Source: Laetmonice hystrix
Taxonomy: Eukaryota
NCBI GenBank assembly: GCA_965235115.1
Contig: OZ249436.1
Coordinates: forward strand, 36,458,001 to 36,522,000
Direction: 5' to 3'
Length of the DNA stretch: 64,000 nucleotides
The position numbers and the translations under genes were made by a program. Positions 14,447 through 29,000 of this stretch are shown here, piece after piece. The notes under the pieces are model-generated. The model was not told where the DNA came from, did not search any database, and saw only the letters and a list, made by a program, of their open reading frames with translations. Position 1 is the stretch's first letter. Each line of letters begins with the position of its first letter.

Positions 14447-15781
14447 CTCCAAACTACAGGTGAACGATTCTTCACGATGACATCATTTTTGTTTTAACCC
14501 TATAACATTCCTATGAAGTGCATAACTAAAAAGATAATTACTACAAATTCATTATTATATCAATTACACTATTATTTCCCCCATTCAGATTCCCTTAGAC
14601 ATCCTATGAAGTAGGCGAGAGTGGTTGGTGCATACTTGCACCCGAGGGAACCCCGTTGTCAAGCGTAACTCGGTGCGTAATACCAAACACATTGAATTGT
14701 CTCACAGTGCAACCTTAGAAAACACAAGGTGTACTCCTTTCGACGGGAAATATCTGATGGCTTCACTTTCTAATTCACCCTGTGAAAGATGGATCAAGAT
14801 TAGCTGGTGACGCACCACCTATGAGGACCTATAATGAAGTCATGAAGTGTGTCCCGTTTTATCCGGGTGACATTTGGTAAAGAAACTATTTTCACAGTGA
14901 AAGCTACTCAAACCACATTAAGTCCATCTGTTAGGTATATAAACAACAATGTTAGTATTTGAACGTATTATGATGCATTGTCCACAACTGCCCTCGTCTA
15001 AGATGCAATCATTCAGTTATTCAACATTCATTATATTCTTATTTGCACGCGCTAAAGTGTTAGAGTATTTTCGTAAGAATTTAATTCTGAGATTAAAATA
15101 AGAAGAGCTGATTGCGTACAGAAGGTAGTTGGCATTGTCCGCCATTCTAGCAATATAAACTGACGACAGACAGGGTTTTAAAGTCGGGTAAAGATTAGGC
15201 CTATATCCGTCCATGAACACACAAATCGAAATGTTGCTTTCAAGGTTCTAATATATTTCTATGGCCGCGATCTATATACAGGTCAAATCTTGTCATTCGG
15301 GCCGAATTAGAGAATGTAAACATCTCTTTAAATTAACAAAGTAAACTTCCCTTTAAATTCTCGGATTCGGAATAAATTAGATGCCGTATCGATTCTGGTT
15401 TGATCCTATGAGTTGCAGCCACTCCCAGCCTAATAAAACACGCCTATATTATGTTATGACGTACCCATAAACATTAAAGTTGTTAATAATGTTTGTTAGC
15501 CCGTTAATGCATGGATAAATGTTTGATCCAACCTGTAACACGTCCGATATATAGGCCCAATGTACCCGTTAGGATGAACCGACATATACATGTATATACA
15601 ATAAGGGGCTATAGTGCGTGCGAAACACTCAAATTAGCGCTGCTTAATTGTTTCTGGCAAACATTCGGCGTGTGTTAATTTTCCAGTATATGACATGTTA
15701 GAGTGTATATATGTGGGCATGTATAATACTATAATGGAAGCCTCGGGGTGCGCAGTTCGAGCCGGATCCTCAATCCTTCAA

Positions 15782-15843
15782 CACCCCACCCCCACCCGAC
15801 CCCACCCCCCACCCCCACCCCCACCCCCACCCCACCCCCCACC
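15782..15843. repeat. (CCCCA/CCCCCA)n tract, potential G-quadruplex on -
   Basis: Many runs of four or more C separated by single A. Confidence 0.7.
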
Positions 15844-17782
15844 TCTCGGCCTCCAAACAGCCCCTATGTACAATACAGGCGTCAAGTAAAATATTTTGTG
15901 ATTGCATTCAGCGACATAGTCGTCCCGCTTTCACTTAGTCAATGCTAAAGGGGGGCCATGGTTTAGGTTGCTAATAACTCAGCTCTAATTGGATAAATAA
16001 CTATAGCTCCACACGGACGTAATATCTAAGGTCAACAATCAACGTTGTGCAAAGTCTCCAGTTTGGCCGGCGCTTAGGAAGCATTTGCCAACCAAGGACT
16101 TGAGTAAACTCCGACCAGGTAGTCAGTATAATGTGGAGCTTTCCGCTTTTGTCACCTAATTGCCGTATACATGAAAACTTCGGTGTAAAGTGGCATCCCC
16201 GAGCCGAGCTCAATCTAGTCGGACTTGGACTGTGAAGATTATTACAGAGTTGAGCCGACGGTTTGCGGCCATATATACGCCACAAACAGTGCCAAACTTC
16301 CTCCTCCTCTGCTCGTCAGCGTGCCTAACAAGGCCCGGCCTTCCACTTGAGCTGCAATTTGTTGGCGTTTTTCACCCCATCTAGTTAGAGACCTTATAAA
16401 CGCCAGAGAAAGACTGCCCGTTGTGTGAATACAAAGCCAGCCGTGAACGCTGTAACACGTCTATGAGACAGCCCCGGGCTATCTGCCCCCACCTTCACCA
16501 CCCTCCACCCTAACCCGGCCCAACACCGACCCCCAAACGAGCCCCGACCTACACCCGTTTAATAGACTCCCAATAAAGATCCGCCGACTTTAACAAGCAT
16601 ATTAATTCCCAGCCACTGTTGACCCATTTGCTCAAGAACTATTTAAGCGATAAATCGCTGGAAATGATGCCCTCTCTGGGCGCTCGGCGGTGAGCTTTTC
16701 AAAAGATACGACGTACCCCTTTTGGATGAATTCACACCGAAGTGAAAGGGTCAGGGACGTGTGGAGGTTTAAGCGGCTGAGCGGACAAGTATATTTAAAG
16801 GGTAAATGTTGACGGGGTGCTAAGTGATCAGGAAGGGGGTGGCGTTTGGCGGAGGGGAGAAACCAGCACACCTGTCACCGAGATAATGGTCGCAGTCCTC
16901 AACGTTTTACATTATTATCGGTATTTCAGTAAGGGACGAGTCGGAAACATGTACTATAGAGGCTGACATGTGACGACCAAGTACATACCAAACTTCTTCT
17001 CACATAGTGAGGAACTTCTATCCAGTTTCACTCTTGACAGTATATCGACAGCAGTTGTCTCAAACATCAACACTTCACAGCCAGGTGAGACAGCTGTAAA
17101 ATGCACACAACCCCTTGTGTTAGCTTACTGCCAGCCAAATTATACAAAATAGGCTTAGCGCGTTGGTTAATACCGCAAGTCAAACGTTGTCCGCATAGTT
17201 CTGGCAGGTGGAGACAGCACGAGGCTATCGTGATGGCAACCATACAGTATGATCAAACTCACAACTCGAGAGATGATCCGGCTTCAAACATTCAACATTC
17301 CCTCACCATATCCAATCCCTCTCCACATACCAAACTACAAGCCTAAAGATTATCCGCTCTCCACACGATCAAACCACCCAAGTTGTCCTGACCATCCCAT
17401 CTCCCCGTTTTATAGATCTGAATATCTCAACCGATCAAGCCTTGTGTATGGCCTCTCCTAACCATTCAAGTTTTTAGTCCTGACACATACTGCAGAAACC
17501 GCATGTATGTATAGGCACACATGCTGCACGCACAATCTATAGGCCCCCTCTGGAGACCTGAACCCCCTACACATATTAAAATCTCTCAATAACTAAATTC
17601 TGTGAAGTGAACAAAAAGTTTTTACCAATTCTTCTATATTTCTACATTAACAGAATTGTGGTTGGGAATGTTGCAGACTCTAAGGAGTGGGAAATGCAAA
17701 ATGTCTGCATGCGAGGCCGCTTCCTTCTGCAAATTATAAATTAACAGGTTTCATGAATAAAAAAGTAGAGGCGTGGAAATAA

Positions 17783-18172
17783 GGCCAAAAAAAAAAAATA
17801 GATTCGTTTCTTGTCCCCGCGCGCGTCACCTAAAAACCCCCGCGTCAAGTCTTTTTTTTCAAATCCGACTGCTTCATATGGTGGGCAGTGTAGCGCTGTG
17901 ACAGAACGTTGCAACGGTTCTTTGGCGTTGGCGTTTTTCTGTTAGTCTTGTTGATTTTATGTGAGTTTTACACATTCTAAAACATTGAACATCATTGCAT
18001 TAGTCTTTTCTTCAAGATTTATGTACCCAACAGCAATTGCATTCGAAGAATCGGCCGTTGTCTAGTTGCATCCAAAAAAAAAAAGAAAGATGAAAAAAAA
18101 AAAAAAAACCGCGTCACCGCACCAATTTTTTTATATGAAAGGACAAGAAACGAAACTTTTTTTTTTTTGGCC
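17783..18172. mobile_element. MITE, PIF/Harbinger (Tourist)-like
   Basis: TIRs GGCC-A(n)..ttcgtttcttgtcc / ggacaagaaacgaa..T(n)-GGCC; 3-bp TSD TAA on both sides. Confidence 0.75.
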
Positions 18173-19320
18173 TAACCAAACACATTTTGGGCTACCTTCT
18201 CCCATTTGTCCTAATAAACCTCTTCTTGAAGTCCATGCTGTAGTGGGAGGGACAACATTAAGCTATAAGAAAAGTCTCTATTAGTATAAACCTATAAAGG
18301 GACTCTCTCCTTTCTAAGTATAAACTCGGCTATGGCTATGGTGGTTAGCGTAGCGTACAGCGGGGCCCCACGAGTCGCCCACTGGCCGTCTGTATAGCCA
18401 CGATATAGTGCAGACAACTTATTTTTCCGGCGTGTGATTCTTTTAATTTTGCAATTAACGACGGAATGAGAACTAAATCGGAAATGAATGGGCATCACTG
18501 GTCTGACTCATTGTGAATTAGAGAGCACATCTCGGCCGGCATGCACTCGGGCAAACAGGGGTTTCGGTCGCTAATGATGCCGACAAGTCAGGCGTGGTCG
18601 ACCATTATTGACGTGACACTGAGACCCTGTCGTTCGACATCTATCGGCTGGCGGGCCGTGGTGCTCATTTGTCCATTTTCTCTAATAACGCAGGTGAGTG
18701 AGACCCGAGCAGTGCTGACCAGCCACGCCTTCCTTTAATATGGCCGTATAGCATCAACTTATCTGACCTCTAATCACCACTGTACTTACATTGAGAAGGG
18801 GACGAGTGAAAGCGACGCCTGGCTGTGAAATGACTGAGTTACGCCAGCCGAACCCTCCTCGCTGCTGATTGGTCGATCGTCAAAGGCATTTAACCAATAG
18901 CCGCTCTTGCCAGATTACACTGCGTGCAATTGTCGTAAATTACCGGCAAATATCTGATTCGGAGGTCCGTAAATTGTGCACTAATGACATTAGTGAGGTA
19001 TTTAACTGTAAACGCGGCGTGGTTAGCGACCCCGCCGAGCTGAGGCTGAAGTATATTCGTGGCCACTGCAGGGTCGCGCCTTGCAGACTTGCTGTAAGCG
19101 TCACACCATCAGCATCAGTGTCCACAGCTGCACTTTGATTGCCGGTTCGACCGAGACCATTGCCGCTTGCGCTGGACATGGGACAAAAGTCTCTGTAGCC
19201 ACATACAGGCATATATATGCAAGTGCTGGTAACAAAATTGAGGTGTTACCCTGGTTTTGCCGATCAGATACTTAGTTTAAAGTGACTGGTTGCAATTGCT
19301 AAAAGAAGACATATCGCCTA

Positions 19321-19345
19321 CACGTGACATCAGGGTATATTTAAG
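19321..19345 (+). promoter_or_regulatory. Putative hbn core promoter (E-box CACGTG and TATA-like TATATTTAAG)
   Basis: CACGTG at 19321 and TATATTTAAG at 19336-19345, about 90 bp upstream of the ATG. Confidence 0.45.
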
Positions 19346-19426
19346 GAGACCCTATACTTTAACAAACATAATAGTGCATTGACTGAAAAGAAATCGGGAC
19401 TTTGGTGAGTTGACTGCAGGATCAGT

Positions 19427-19640
19427 ATGATGAGTACGCTGGAGCCTCAGAGGGCAGCTATGGCGGTGGAGTGTAAACCACAGAGTTCCAGCCCAATATT
19501 GCCATGTACCAAACCTAAAGGGTCGTACAGTATCGACAGTATTCTCGGAAACGTGACAACAGCGCTGGGCCGGCCAGCCAGGACAAGCACACCCGACGAC
19601 AACCACAACCAACAGTCCGCCCGACGGCCCACCCAACTCG
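19427..19640 (+). CDS. hbn: homeobrain, coding exon 1 (octapeptide/eh1 motif YSIDSILG)
   Basis: ATG at 19427; encodes SYSIDSILG; GTAAGT donor at 19641 in phase 1, matching the exon 2 acceptor (G|AC = Asp). Confidence 0.88.
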
Positions 19641-20545
19641 GTAAGTCTATACCAACCCAACCAGCCAGCCGGACTGAATGGTCGCAAGTTGTCTTCAAAT
19701 GCCATAAAGTATTATATTACAATAGTCTTATTTATAGATCAGCATTCCACTAGAAACATATAGGAGGGTTATATTGAAAACCAACTGAAATATCAAAATT
19801 TTCTGATAATGCATTCATTTCAATAACCAGGCATACTCGTGGTGGGGATAGCATTTCTGTATGAATTTGGACGGCTGGTATTGTTCTTGTCCTGGGCCCA
19901 TGGAGTCGTCATGAACTGATATTTAGATCATAAATCATGCCGGTGGAAGTCGTCGATCAAAGAAACAGCGTGTGCTCCTATGCTAATCACTTTATTGCTT
20001 GTCCAATTTTCCACCCAAGCCGGCAGATTCGCGGCTGTCCACGTGAACACTTTACAGATCATCATCCGTTTGCTGTCCCAGTTAATACTTTAATTTACCT
20101 CGATATTAATTTGGCACGCCAGGTCCTGAAACTATAGTGCAGGGGAGTTCTTTTTATGGTAATGGGGCCTCAAATTGTATTGTCTGTCAGGAGGGCGTGT
20201 AATGGGAATCTTGGACGTATCAATCACGCTAAGGTAATCACTCTCAACACGCAGAGGATCAGGTCTTTGTTGTCGGGTTGTGTAAACACACACACACGCG
20301 TGTGTGTTCACCCGGGCCCTGTACGACGGCTCCATGTCATATGCGCAGTGTCAAGCAATTAAACTATTAGGAGAAAATATTACAAATGAGCGAGTCGATT
20401 AATTATTGTAACACGCCCCCTTTCTACGTGTTCACGTGTCACGGTGAGAGGCTTGAGCTTTGTTAACCAAAGATCCCGATCTGTAAGCGTCCGTATAGAT
20501 TTAGATCATAATAAACCGAGATGTTTGTCCGTTTCTCTCTTACAG

Positions 20546-21024
20546 ACCAGTCGGTGCAGGGGTCAGCCAGTATTGTCCGATCACCAGTCGGATCCAGTAG
20601 TGACAACAGCATCCAGGATCACGACGACGACGAGGACGACGAGGACCTTGACGTAGGCAGCACCCCTGAGCCCGAGGACCTGTCCAGCGGCACCCAGCGG
20701 AGTCACATCCCCGGCAACCCCGACCACACTCCACCGGGGCCTAACTTCAGCCTGCACGGTGACGACTCGCGGTCCGAGGAGGCGGAGGCCGGCGGACCGT
20801 GTGGAGTCTCCCCGGGCGGCGAGCGGGACGACGCCGGCGACGGTTCCGAGAGCGGGGACGGAGAGGCTGGCGGTAAGCCTCGCAAGATCCGCCGGAGCCG
20901 GACCACATTCACCACCTACCAGCTACACCAGCTAGAACGGGCCTTTGAGAAAACCCAGTATCCCGACGTGTTCACTCGTGAGGAACTTGCCCTCCGTCTT
21001 GACCTGAGCGAAGCGCGTGTACAG
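20546..21024 (+). CDS. hbn: homeobrain, coding exon 2 (acidic stretch and most of the paired-class homeodomain)
   Basis: Acceptor tttctctcttacag ends at 20545; encodes [74 protein letters not shown] and RLDLSEARV are Hbn-type rather than Rx-type. GTAAGC donor at 21025 is the typical PRD-class intron position Q|VWF. Confidence 0.93.
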
Positions 21025-22157
21025 GTAAGCTGTCATAATTAATCATATATTAATATAGGCCTATAATTATGTTTTCTGATATAGCCACGGCAGTGTGAAT
21101 GGGTTTATTTCATATAGCGCCGCTATCTCGGGTGTTTTACAGATACAGAGTGAACACTTAATAAAACGGCATTTTCTCTAGGCAAGGCCTAAATTCTTAT
21201 TTTTCAAGACAATTAAAAGAAGTCTACCATTATGTAAGAACTATAATTTTAGTCGTTCAGATCATCATGCATCCTTTAATAGGGCCTACAGGCCTATATG
21301 GGGCCTCGTCTTGCTGATGACAAGGCGGGTATCTTTATAATCGCAATGCATCAGGGAGATGTGCATCTCTCGATCCTGTCAGGATCCAGGTTATACGACT
21401 GAGTGGGGGGGGGGACTTGGCCGGACACCCATCAGATCCCCGGCGTCGACAAAACACTGACCACCACCCAGGGTTCAAACGCTCGAGTCCCGCGTATATA
21501 TATATTTGGGTCGGATGACCAGTTGGTACTATGTAGGCCTACATGTAGACTGGGCGAGCGGGCGGCCGGGCGGCCGGGCGGTGGCAGCCGGCGGTGATTG
21601 GCGGGTGGCCGGCGCCGAGGTACTCGCTGACGGCCGGAGACGAGCCGAGATCCCCGCTGTGTCCGCCATTACCAATGGATCACCCCCGCCTGTATTATAC
21701 GTGAGAAAAACGGGTTCAGAACCGACATGTGTTATTGGACCTATTTCTGTCTAACCGACATGTGTTATTGGACCTATTTCTGTCCAACCCTAAACACCCT
21801 AACCACTTCTAATCCGACGGGGATATTCCCAGCAATCCTCCAACACCCCTCAGAAAACAGGCATGGGCATGCATGACATAGGCCTATAGGGTTCTGCCTA
21901 TCCATGTGCTCTAACTAAAAATATCGTTTTAGGCCTATCTATACTAAAGATAAAGTTGATGAAGGAAAACTCTACTAAATGGTTTATATGGCATCAGACT
22001 AAACCAATCGGTAAATCTCCACGTGTCGTCGGGTATAATCCATGAGGAGTTGGAATCCGCCTGAGTATGTCTGAGTACCGTGTCAACTTAGGGAGATGGC
22101 AGCGCCATAACACATGTCTCACTGTAATTATATAGACACAGACGCTGACTGAGACGA

Positions 22158-22560
22158 GATTTATTTCCTAACTCATGACATGTTCATGATAAACATAGTA
22201 TTATAGGCAGAGATACTTGTGGTGACAGTTCAAGCTTAAAGTGACATTTTCACTAGCAGAGGCCTTCGATAATACAGGTAGATAAGTTATAGGATTTATT
22301 TCGTAACTCATGACATGTTCATGATAAACATAGTATTATAGGAAGAGATACTTGTGGTGACAATTCAAGCTTAAAGTGACTTTTTCACTAGCAGAGGCCT
22401 TCGATAATAAAGGTAGATAAGTTATAGGATTTATTTCGTAACTCATGACATGTTCATGATAAACATAGTATTATAGGAAGAGATACTTGTGGTGACAATT
22501 CAAGCTTAAAGTGACTTTTTCATTAGCAGAAGCCTTCGATAATACAGCTAGATAAGTTAT
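22158..22560. repeat. Tandem triplication of a 135-bp unit in hbn intron 2
   Basis: gatttatttc(c/g)taactcatgacatg starts at 22158, 22293 and 22428. Confidence 0.92.
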
Positions 22561-25500
22561 CATTGTTTACGCCTAATTATTATAATTAATTAGTCAGGAA
22601 TCGATATAACGCACAGGGAGAGTCCACATATCTTTGTTTGCTCCAGTGTAAAGGGATACATTTTTTTAATTGTATAGATCCACGTGAATGGCTATATATT
22701 ATGTTATGTGTGCAGTTTAATTATTCTGGACAGTATTATAATAATTAATTATCCTTGTTACCGGCCTGTTTCTGAATGAACCCGTCCCCGGCTACATGTT
22801 GCAGTATATAGACTATATGGGGGTCTGATAGAGTTAATTAGCCACTATGTATGCGGTCCACTTAATGAGGCGCACGTACTTACATACACGTGATAAAGGT
22901 TCTAACAATACCCTCACTCCGGGGTCCTAACTTACCACCTCAGGTGCAAGTCAATTGTTCTTTAGGATGCAGCTTAATCAACTAGAAGGTGACACACAAA
23001 CCTAACAGGGTTTTCACCAACACCCCTGCTGTTTACTTATTAATTTACATTGTTTTCTCTACTAAGTAAACACCAATACAGTTTGCGAATAGCTGTAATT
23101 ACGAGCCCCGAAAGGATTGCCATTAGCTGTTATAATACGTTTTATCTTGAGTGGGTGCACACAAACAAAACTTTAAGCCGTTCGACAGATGGGAAGGAAG
23201 TCGGGGTTAATTCCTCTAGTTCCACTTGTATAGGTTTCACAGTTTTAATGTCGATCGTTGGCCACAGCTGTGGATGGGACCCCAACACCGCCACGATGTA
23301 AAGGGACCTCGATTCCCCACGGAACACAACAATGACCCATCGGAGGTGTCCGAAACATCTGCGTACTTGGGTCACAGCGGGTGGCGCAGGGCGCGCCCTC
23401 TGAAGTAACTCTGTGAGGAGGGCAGCCTCGAAAACCTGCCCAATTCTTCCCTTTATTACGTTCTCTAATTCCCAAACAACCCCGCATGATTGGCCTTCCG
23501 CGATTGTCGTGTGGAAAACATGCAAACACTTCCACGGCAGTAGTTAGGATGCAAGAGCGTTAGCAAGTAAAGAGGGAAGTCCCTTCAGATGGCTCCTAAT
23601 TTAGCCTGAGTATCTCTTCACTGTGGCCAGTTTAGTGGGCTTTGTGTCACACAGAATAGAATTACCTCTATACCAACGTCACTAATTCGACCTCAGAGCA
23701 TATCGACATATGCGAGAGTGCTTGAGGTTGGGTGTATGTGTCGGCTAGAAGAATGTGACTTGAATAGCGGGAGGCTCCCTTGGCGGGTCGTCCGTTCGGT
23801 ATCTGTATTCCATCCCGCGCATCTATACAGACCATGTGCCCTCATCGGCAACTGTTCGTCTGCACTTCAAAGTCCCTTGAAAGTCTCTTTCCTCATCAAG
23901 TATGGGACCTACACTTGGGTGAAATACACTAGGCCTATATAACACAGTATTTGGGATAAATGACTGACGCTCGGATGACCTCTCAAACCCTGGCATGCAA
24001 AGTGAGTCTAATAAACCCCTACTCTCACCCTCATGTCAGTCAATAGGCCAATACAATGAATACAACTGCACGCGGCCTCTGGGATTAAACCACTAAAGAC
24101 TGCATCTCCTATGTTATATGTGCAGTCATTGACGCCGCTTGAATGAACCCAAGATATCAAAGTAGGCCCACCTCATGAGAATGAGGGGAGGTTCTCGGGT
24201 TAAACTTTACACCGTATATTATTTCTTAGTGAGGAATAACTATAGAACAAGGTTAGTCCGTAATGCCACCTTTCATGCAATATTTGATTAAAAACGCTTT
24301 ATTCGGTAATGAATCCGTATATTCAAATATAGAATCGCTCACGGATCAAGTAACATATCTGTCTTATTATTATATTACATGTTGAACAAATATAGCTATA
24401 GGGGCCTACTGTTCATTTATATGACAAAGTCACCGTATGTACGCATGTTCACGCATGTATACATATAGACATTTCCTTATCTTAGCCCTCAGTGCCTTTA
24501 CTGGCACCGATCTAACGATATGCAGGCAGGTATAAGACGCCCGGGGGAAAAGACCTCTTTTTTTCTTAAGTAAGATATAGGTCTATCGCCTTAAGTCTTG
24601 ATTAGAGGCCCGAAGGACTTGTATCCCGTTTATATACTATAAATAGCCCACATCAGGGTGGTCTATAACGATAGACAGTGGAAACAAGAGAGAGTGCTGT
24701 GCGGGAAAACCAGGCATTATATTAATCTATTATAATAATGTCACACCAAAACATCTGCTGTCTGTATGCGGGACCTTCACCATATACCGTTAATTACAGC
24801 AGAGGGGCGCGCATACCTGACCTCTCGGCCCGTTCACGTTTTGTACCGAATGAAACAAAGTGCACACGAGCTTCCAGATCTGTGCACGCAGTAACTTTCA
24901 GACCAAGCCCAAGCTGCTCGTTTCCATATGCACGGAGCCCATGTAGTACCTTTATTTTCAGTATTGTTCATCACCAATGTCCGGCAAGCTTTGTCTGCCT
25001 GCCCAATGACCCATCTGCCACGAACAATAAGATTTAGCAGTCAATTCACCGACGATTGTTCTCGACCAGGCTTGGATCCGATAGGGAGGAGGTCGGTGGG
25101 CAGCGCTTCGTGTCCAGATGAAACCGAGGCTGTTGAGGCCAGCCTCGTTTGCATGACCTCCGTGGGTGTGCGGTGGAATGGCGCGACTCGAGTATTGTGC
25201 GCTCCTCAACGAAAGCGAACACAATCAAGGCAATTTGATATCCGTACAATGTCGGGATTCGTGCAAGATCTGGGCAGCAGGCGACGGCCTCAACTCAGAC
25301 TTAGGGATATTTATCCGACGGGTACTAAGAACTTATTGTGATGGGGGAGAAACTGCCTTCTGCCAGTCCTTTTCTTTGCAGCATGCCCTCTGCGAAAACC
25401 GCCTCGCCCTTAGGGGAATATTTCTGGAGAGGTCAGGTTTGCTGTAGACCGGTTTTATGATGTGCGACCTTCTATCAAGCTGTTATGGGATTCATAATAG

Positions 25501-25764
25501 TCTGTTTCAAACAATTTTCACACATACAAAACACAATCTCGCTCAAGAATCCACATTACCCCGCGCCAGAGCCAGACCAATTGCAGTGACCTCAAAAACA
25601 TCTTTATAAATCTTGTGCCTTTCCTTGCTCACCCACTGGCTTGGCCGGTCGGCCGATTTTGGCATTTCACCGTTATGATTGGCCGTAAAATTTTAAAAAA
25701 TCACGAATACATGATTTGACATACTCGAATATACCTATCTATCTCTACATTAACATACGCCTAC

Positions 25765-26024
25765 TTTAAATCAGCCAGTCCGGGTAGGGGGTAGTGACAA
25801 CAAGGTAGATCTACCTTTAAATCAGCCAATCCGGGTAGGGGGTAGTGACAACAAGATAGATCTACCTTTAAATCAGCCAATCCGGGTAGGGGGTAGTGAC
25901 AACAAGATAGATCTACCTTTAAATCAGCCAATCCGGGTAGGGGGTAGTGACAACAAGATAGATCTACCTTTAAATCAGCCAATCCGGGTAGGGGGTAGTG
26001 ACAACAAGGTAGATCTACCTTTAA
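25765..26024. repeat. Minisatellite, 51-bp unit x5
   Basis: tttaaatcagccaatccgggtagggggtagtgacaacaagatagatctacc repeated. Confidence 0.95.
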
Positions 26025-29000
26025 AGATAGGCCTAGTTCGATGCCTTCTTGATTTTTGTCCCCCACGGCCAACCATACCAAACCGACCGACCGGCCGGCC
26101 GGGCCATGCAGGAACGGTTATTTATAGGCCGATATTACTTATCTAATAGTGCTTATCTTGTCAGTATTATCATTAAGGGTTATATAATAACTATCCCGCC
26201 TATATATTATTCGGCGTACATAAAATAGAGACAAAGACGTAACTTTAGTAACACTGGCATCAATTAGGCGACGAGAGTTTTGTTTTCACTCAATTTGAGG
26301 AAGAGTTCCCGCCTCCATCATTGTACATTGTTTGGCCACAATACGAGATTGTTGGCTGGAACCCGTATATCTCTACTCCGATCAGATACGTTAATGGTAT
26401 AATGCTACGCCTCATTCAGTCAACTTAGCCCCACTTGCGCAACGGGCTTCAAGGCAAACACTTGAAGCTCCTCTGCTATTTAGCCATTGAGGATAGACAC
26501 AATGCGGGTATATTAAAAGGACCGCCAATAATCACCTGCCTATGAAGAACACCTGCATACCCATAATCAGACTTATTTTTTACAACAGTTTTTAAAGGTA
26601 TGTTGGAGCACGGGTGGAATATACTAATATATTCTTCAGATACATGGGTATATGCATGGGTATATGCAGAAATACAAACAGAGGGGATAAACAATTTGTC
26701 CCGGCGTAGACCTACATCCTGCGTAGGAATATAGGGCGCACAACCTGAGAGAGGGGTGGGGTGGGGGAGGGGGTACAGGAGGGGTGTTCTTGCATAAACA
26801 CATGCAGAATATCTTTAATAATGTTCGAAGTCTTGTAATATAGTCCGGCCAGTTATATGTCTTTTGTTTTATATCTAGTGTAAATCAGAGTGCACGTTTG
26901 GTTCATTGAAACATTTTAAACCGGAACAGTGTCAATCATTACAGGCAATAGTCGGGAAGGTCGTACAAATAGAAATGACGAGTGCGCCGTGATGGAATTG
27001 TTTCGGCTGATTTGTTGTTTGCGGCGCGCTGACTGCCATATTTGGGTTTCGTTATCGTTCGGGAAATGGTCTATCAACGTGGCTAATACGACACGAAAGC
27101 CGGCGTCTTTGACTGCGCTCGCTCCTCTATATTTGATAGAGTCCCATTATGTAGATTATATCTCATCATGCACAGTGAATTATTTTAACTTCATTCACTT
27201 CTGATCTGACTGATCAGTATTCATGGTAGTTGCTTTGTGTGCAAATTACTTCTATTCGCCTTTAGGTATTTCCATTGCCTTTTGCTACAGCCCGCCAACC
27301 TCACCTTCATTACAGTTTGTGTTGAAATTACTCGGTGTTTTTCTCTTCTACTTTCAAGGGAAGTATTTTGAGGTTAGCATACAGCTATCAATTACAGCTG
27401 TGTGTACATGGGATGTCTGGCGGGATGTACTGACTGGCTGCTCTGCGCACGCCACACGTGCATGCGCATGTGGTCGTGCGCACATATCTTCTCTCGGGCG
27501 ATTTCAAATCTTCAAATTTGAATTCTATCAACAGCCGGGGCTGTAGTAAATTGCAGGAATCATCTGTCGACAGTTTCTCCACGCTGCGCTGCGATTTTTC
27601 TCTCGGAGAAGTCAAGCCTGAAATGCAGTAATGTCGGTTCAAGTTTGTCAAATCACAAAAGGCCGCCGGGTTGCCGAAACTTCATTTGACGCCCATTCCA
27701 GCTGAACGAGTCGATGTGGGGGACGTCTTTTATTAGCGCTATAATTTACACATATTTGCGAACGATACCACGATAAATTGCACTTTAACTTGTTGTGATT
27801 ATGCAAACGCCATACTGTCAGCGCTCGCGGTCATTCAATTCCGACTCCAACCAGTCCGAAAGAAAACGGCTAATGAAGCGAAAGCTACAAACGATGTTAT
27901 ATTATGAGATGGCATTGACACAATTCGATGCCGCCTGTAGTTAGAAAATCAACTCGCAATGAAATTAATCCGAAAACAGCCCGATGTTACAGTGTTATGC
28001 TTGCACGGGCAATTTTATTGAATTCCCAATCATCTAGTTAGCGCACGTTCGATTACACATCGCCTAGGAGCCAATTGAGCTAAACGTTCATTGTCGCCAT
28101 TTGCGGCCTCCAATTGGTTAATATACACGCCAAATTAAAAGATTTTGCTCCGCTACAATGAGCACTATTTGCCATTGTCCTGACAAGGACCATAGACAGA
28201 AATACCAATTCATACGCTAATGAGCCTATTGCTCATGTGATGTCCAATTTGTCGATTTTTCGGAGCGTAAGTGGCATGTTTCACGTTCACACAACTGCTG
28301 AATTAGCTGCGAGCGATTTGGAGAGCCAGATCCATCGCTCGCTCGAGCTCATTAGCACCCAAAGCGACGGTCAAACCGCCAGAGAACTAATTGAATTCAT
28401 TGTCACCCCGTAACGATTGACTCGTACGCTAACTTAAAAGCGATCATTTTTGAAAATATTTGCGTTCAAATTCGGAGTAGTGAACCTCAATTAGACATCC
28501 TAATGCCTTTTATTACATTTGTAATTAACGAATTACTGGTGATGGTTGAATGCAACTGGCCAGTCAGCGAATCGATGAGACGATGAATAGGGCCATCAGT
28601 GGGGTTTGTGCACACGGCACCAACCCGCCGTTGCACAAGCATCCGAAGGCTGTAATCCGGCCCCCAATTTAATGGATTTAATAAAGAAATTAGAATATAG
28701 CTAAATCAGTGCGGCGAGAGGGTAGACGAGGGCAATTTACTAGCATTCAACTTGGTCTTCATCAGAGGGTGCGATCGATGCAAATTTGTATTCACTTCCC
28801 GAACAAAACGAGTCGAACTGCCACGAATCGTTCAATAAAGCCTCTTGTGTCTGTCCTTATTAATATTTGCTTCCTTGGTAATTCCGGCTATATACACGCT
28901 CGCAAATGAACGTGGATGAAATTACGGAAGGAAATTCAATTTAGTGTAGCTACGGTGGCGGCGATAATGGGGCTTTTCTAGGCTTCATTACATTACATTG

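Noticed and set aside
14154..14497. ORFs with poly-(SL)
   Set aside because: (TC)n microsatellite artefact
20546..21024. Calling the homeobox rx or aristaless
   Set aside because: It shares octapeptide and OAR, but the residues [22 protein letters not shown] and RLDLSEARV fit Hbn, and no Rx-specific motif is evident
25761..26081. 106-aa Cys-containing repeat ORF
   Set aside because: Translation of the 51-bp minisatellite within the hbn intron
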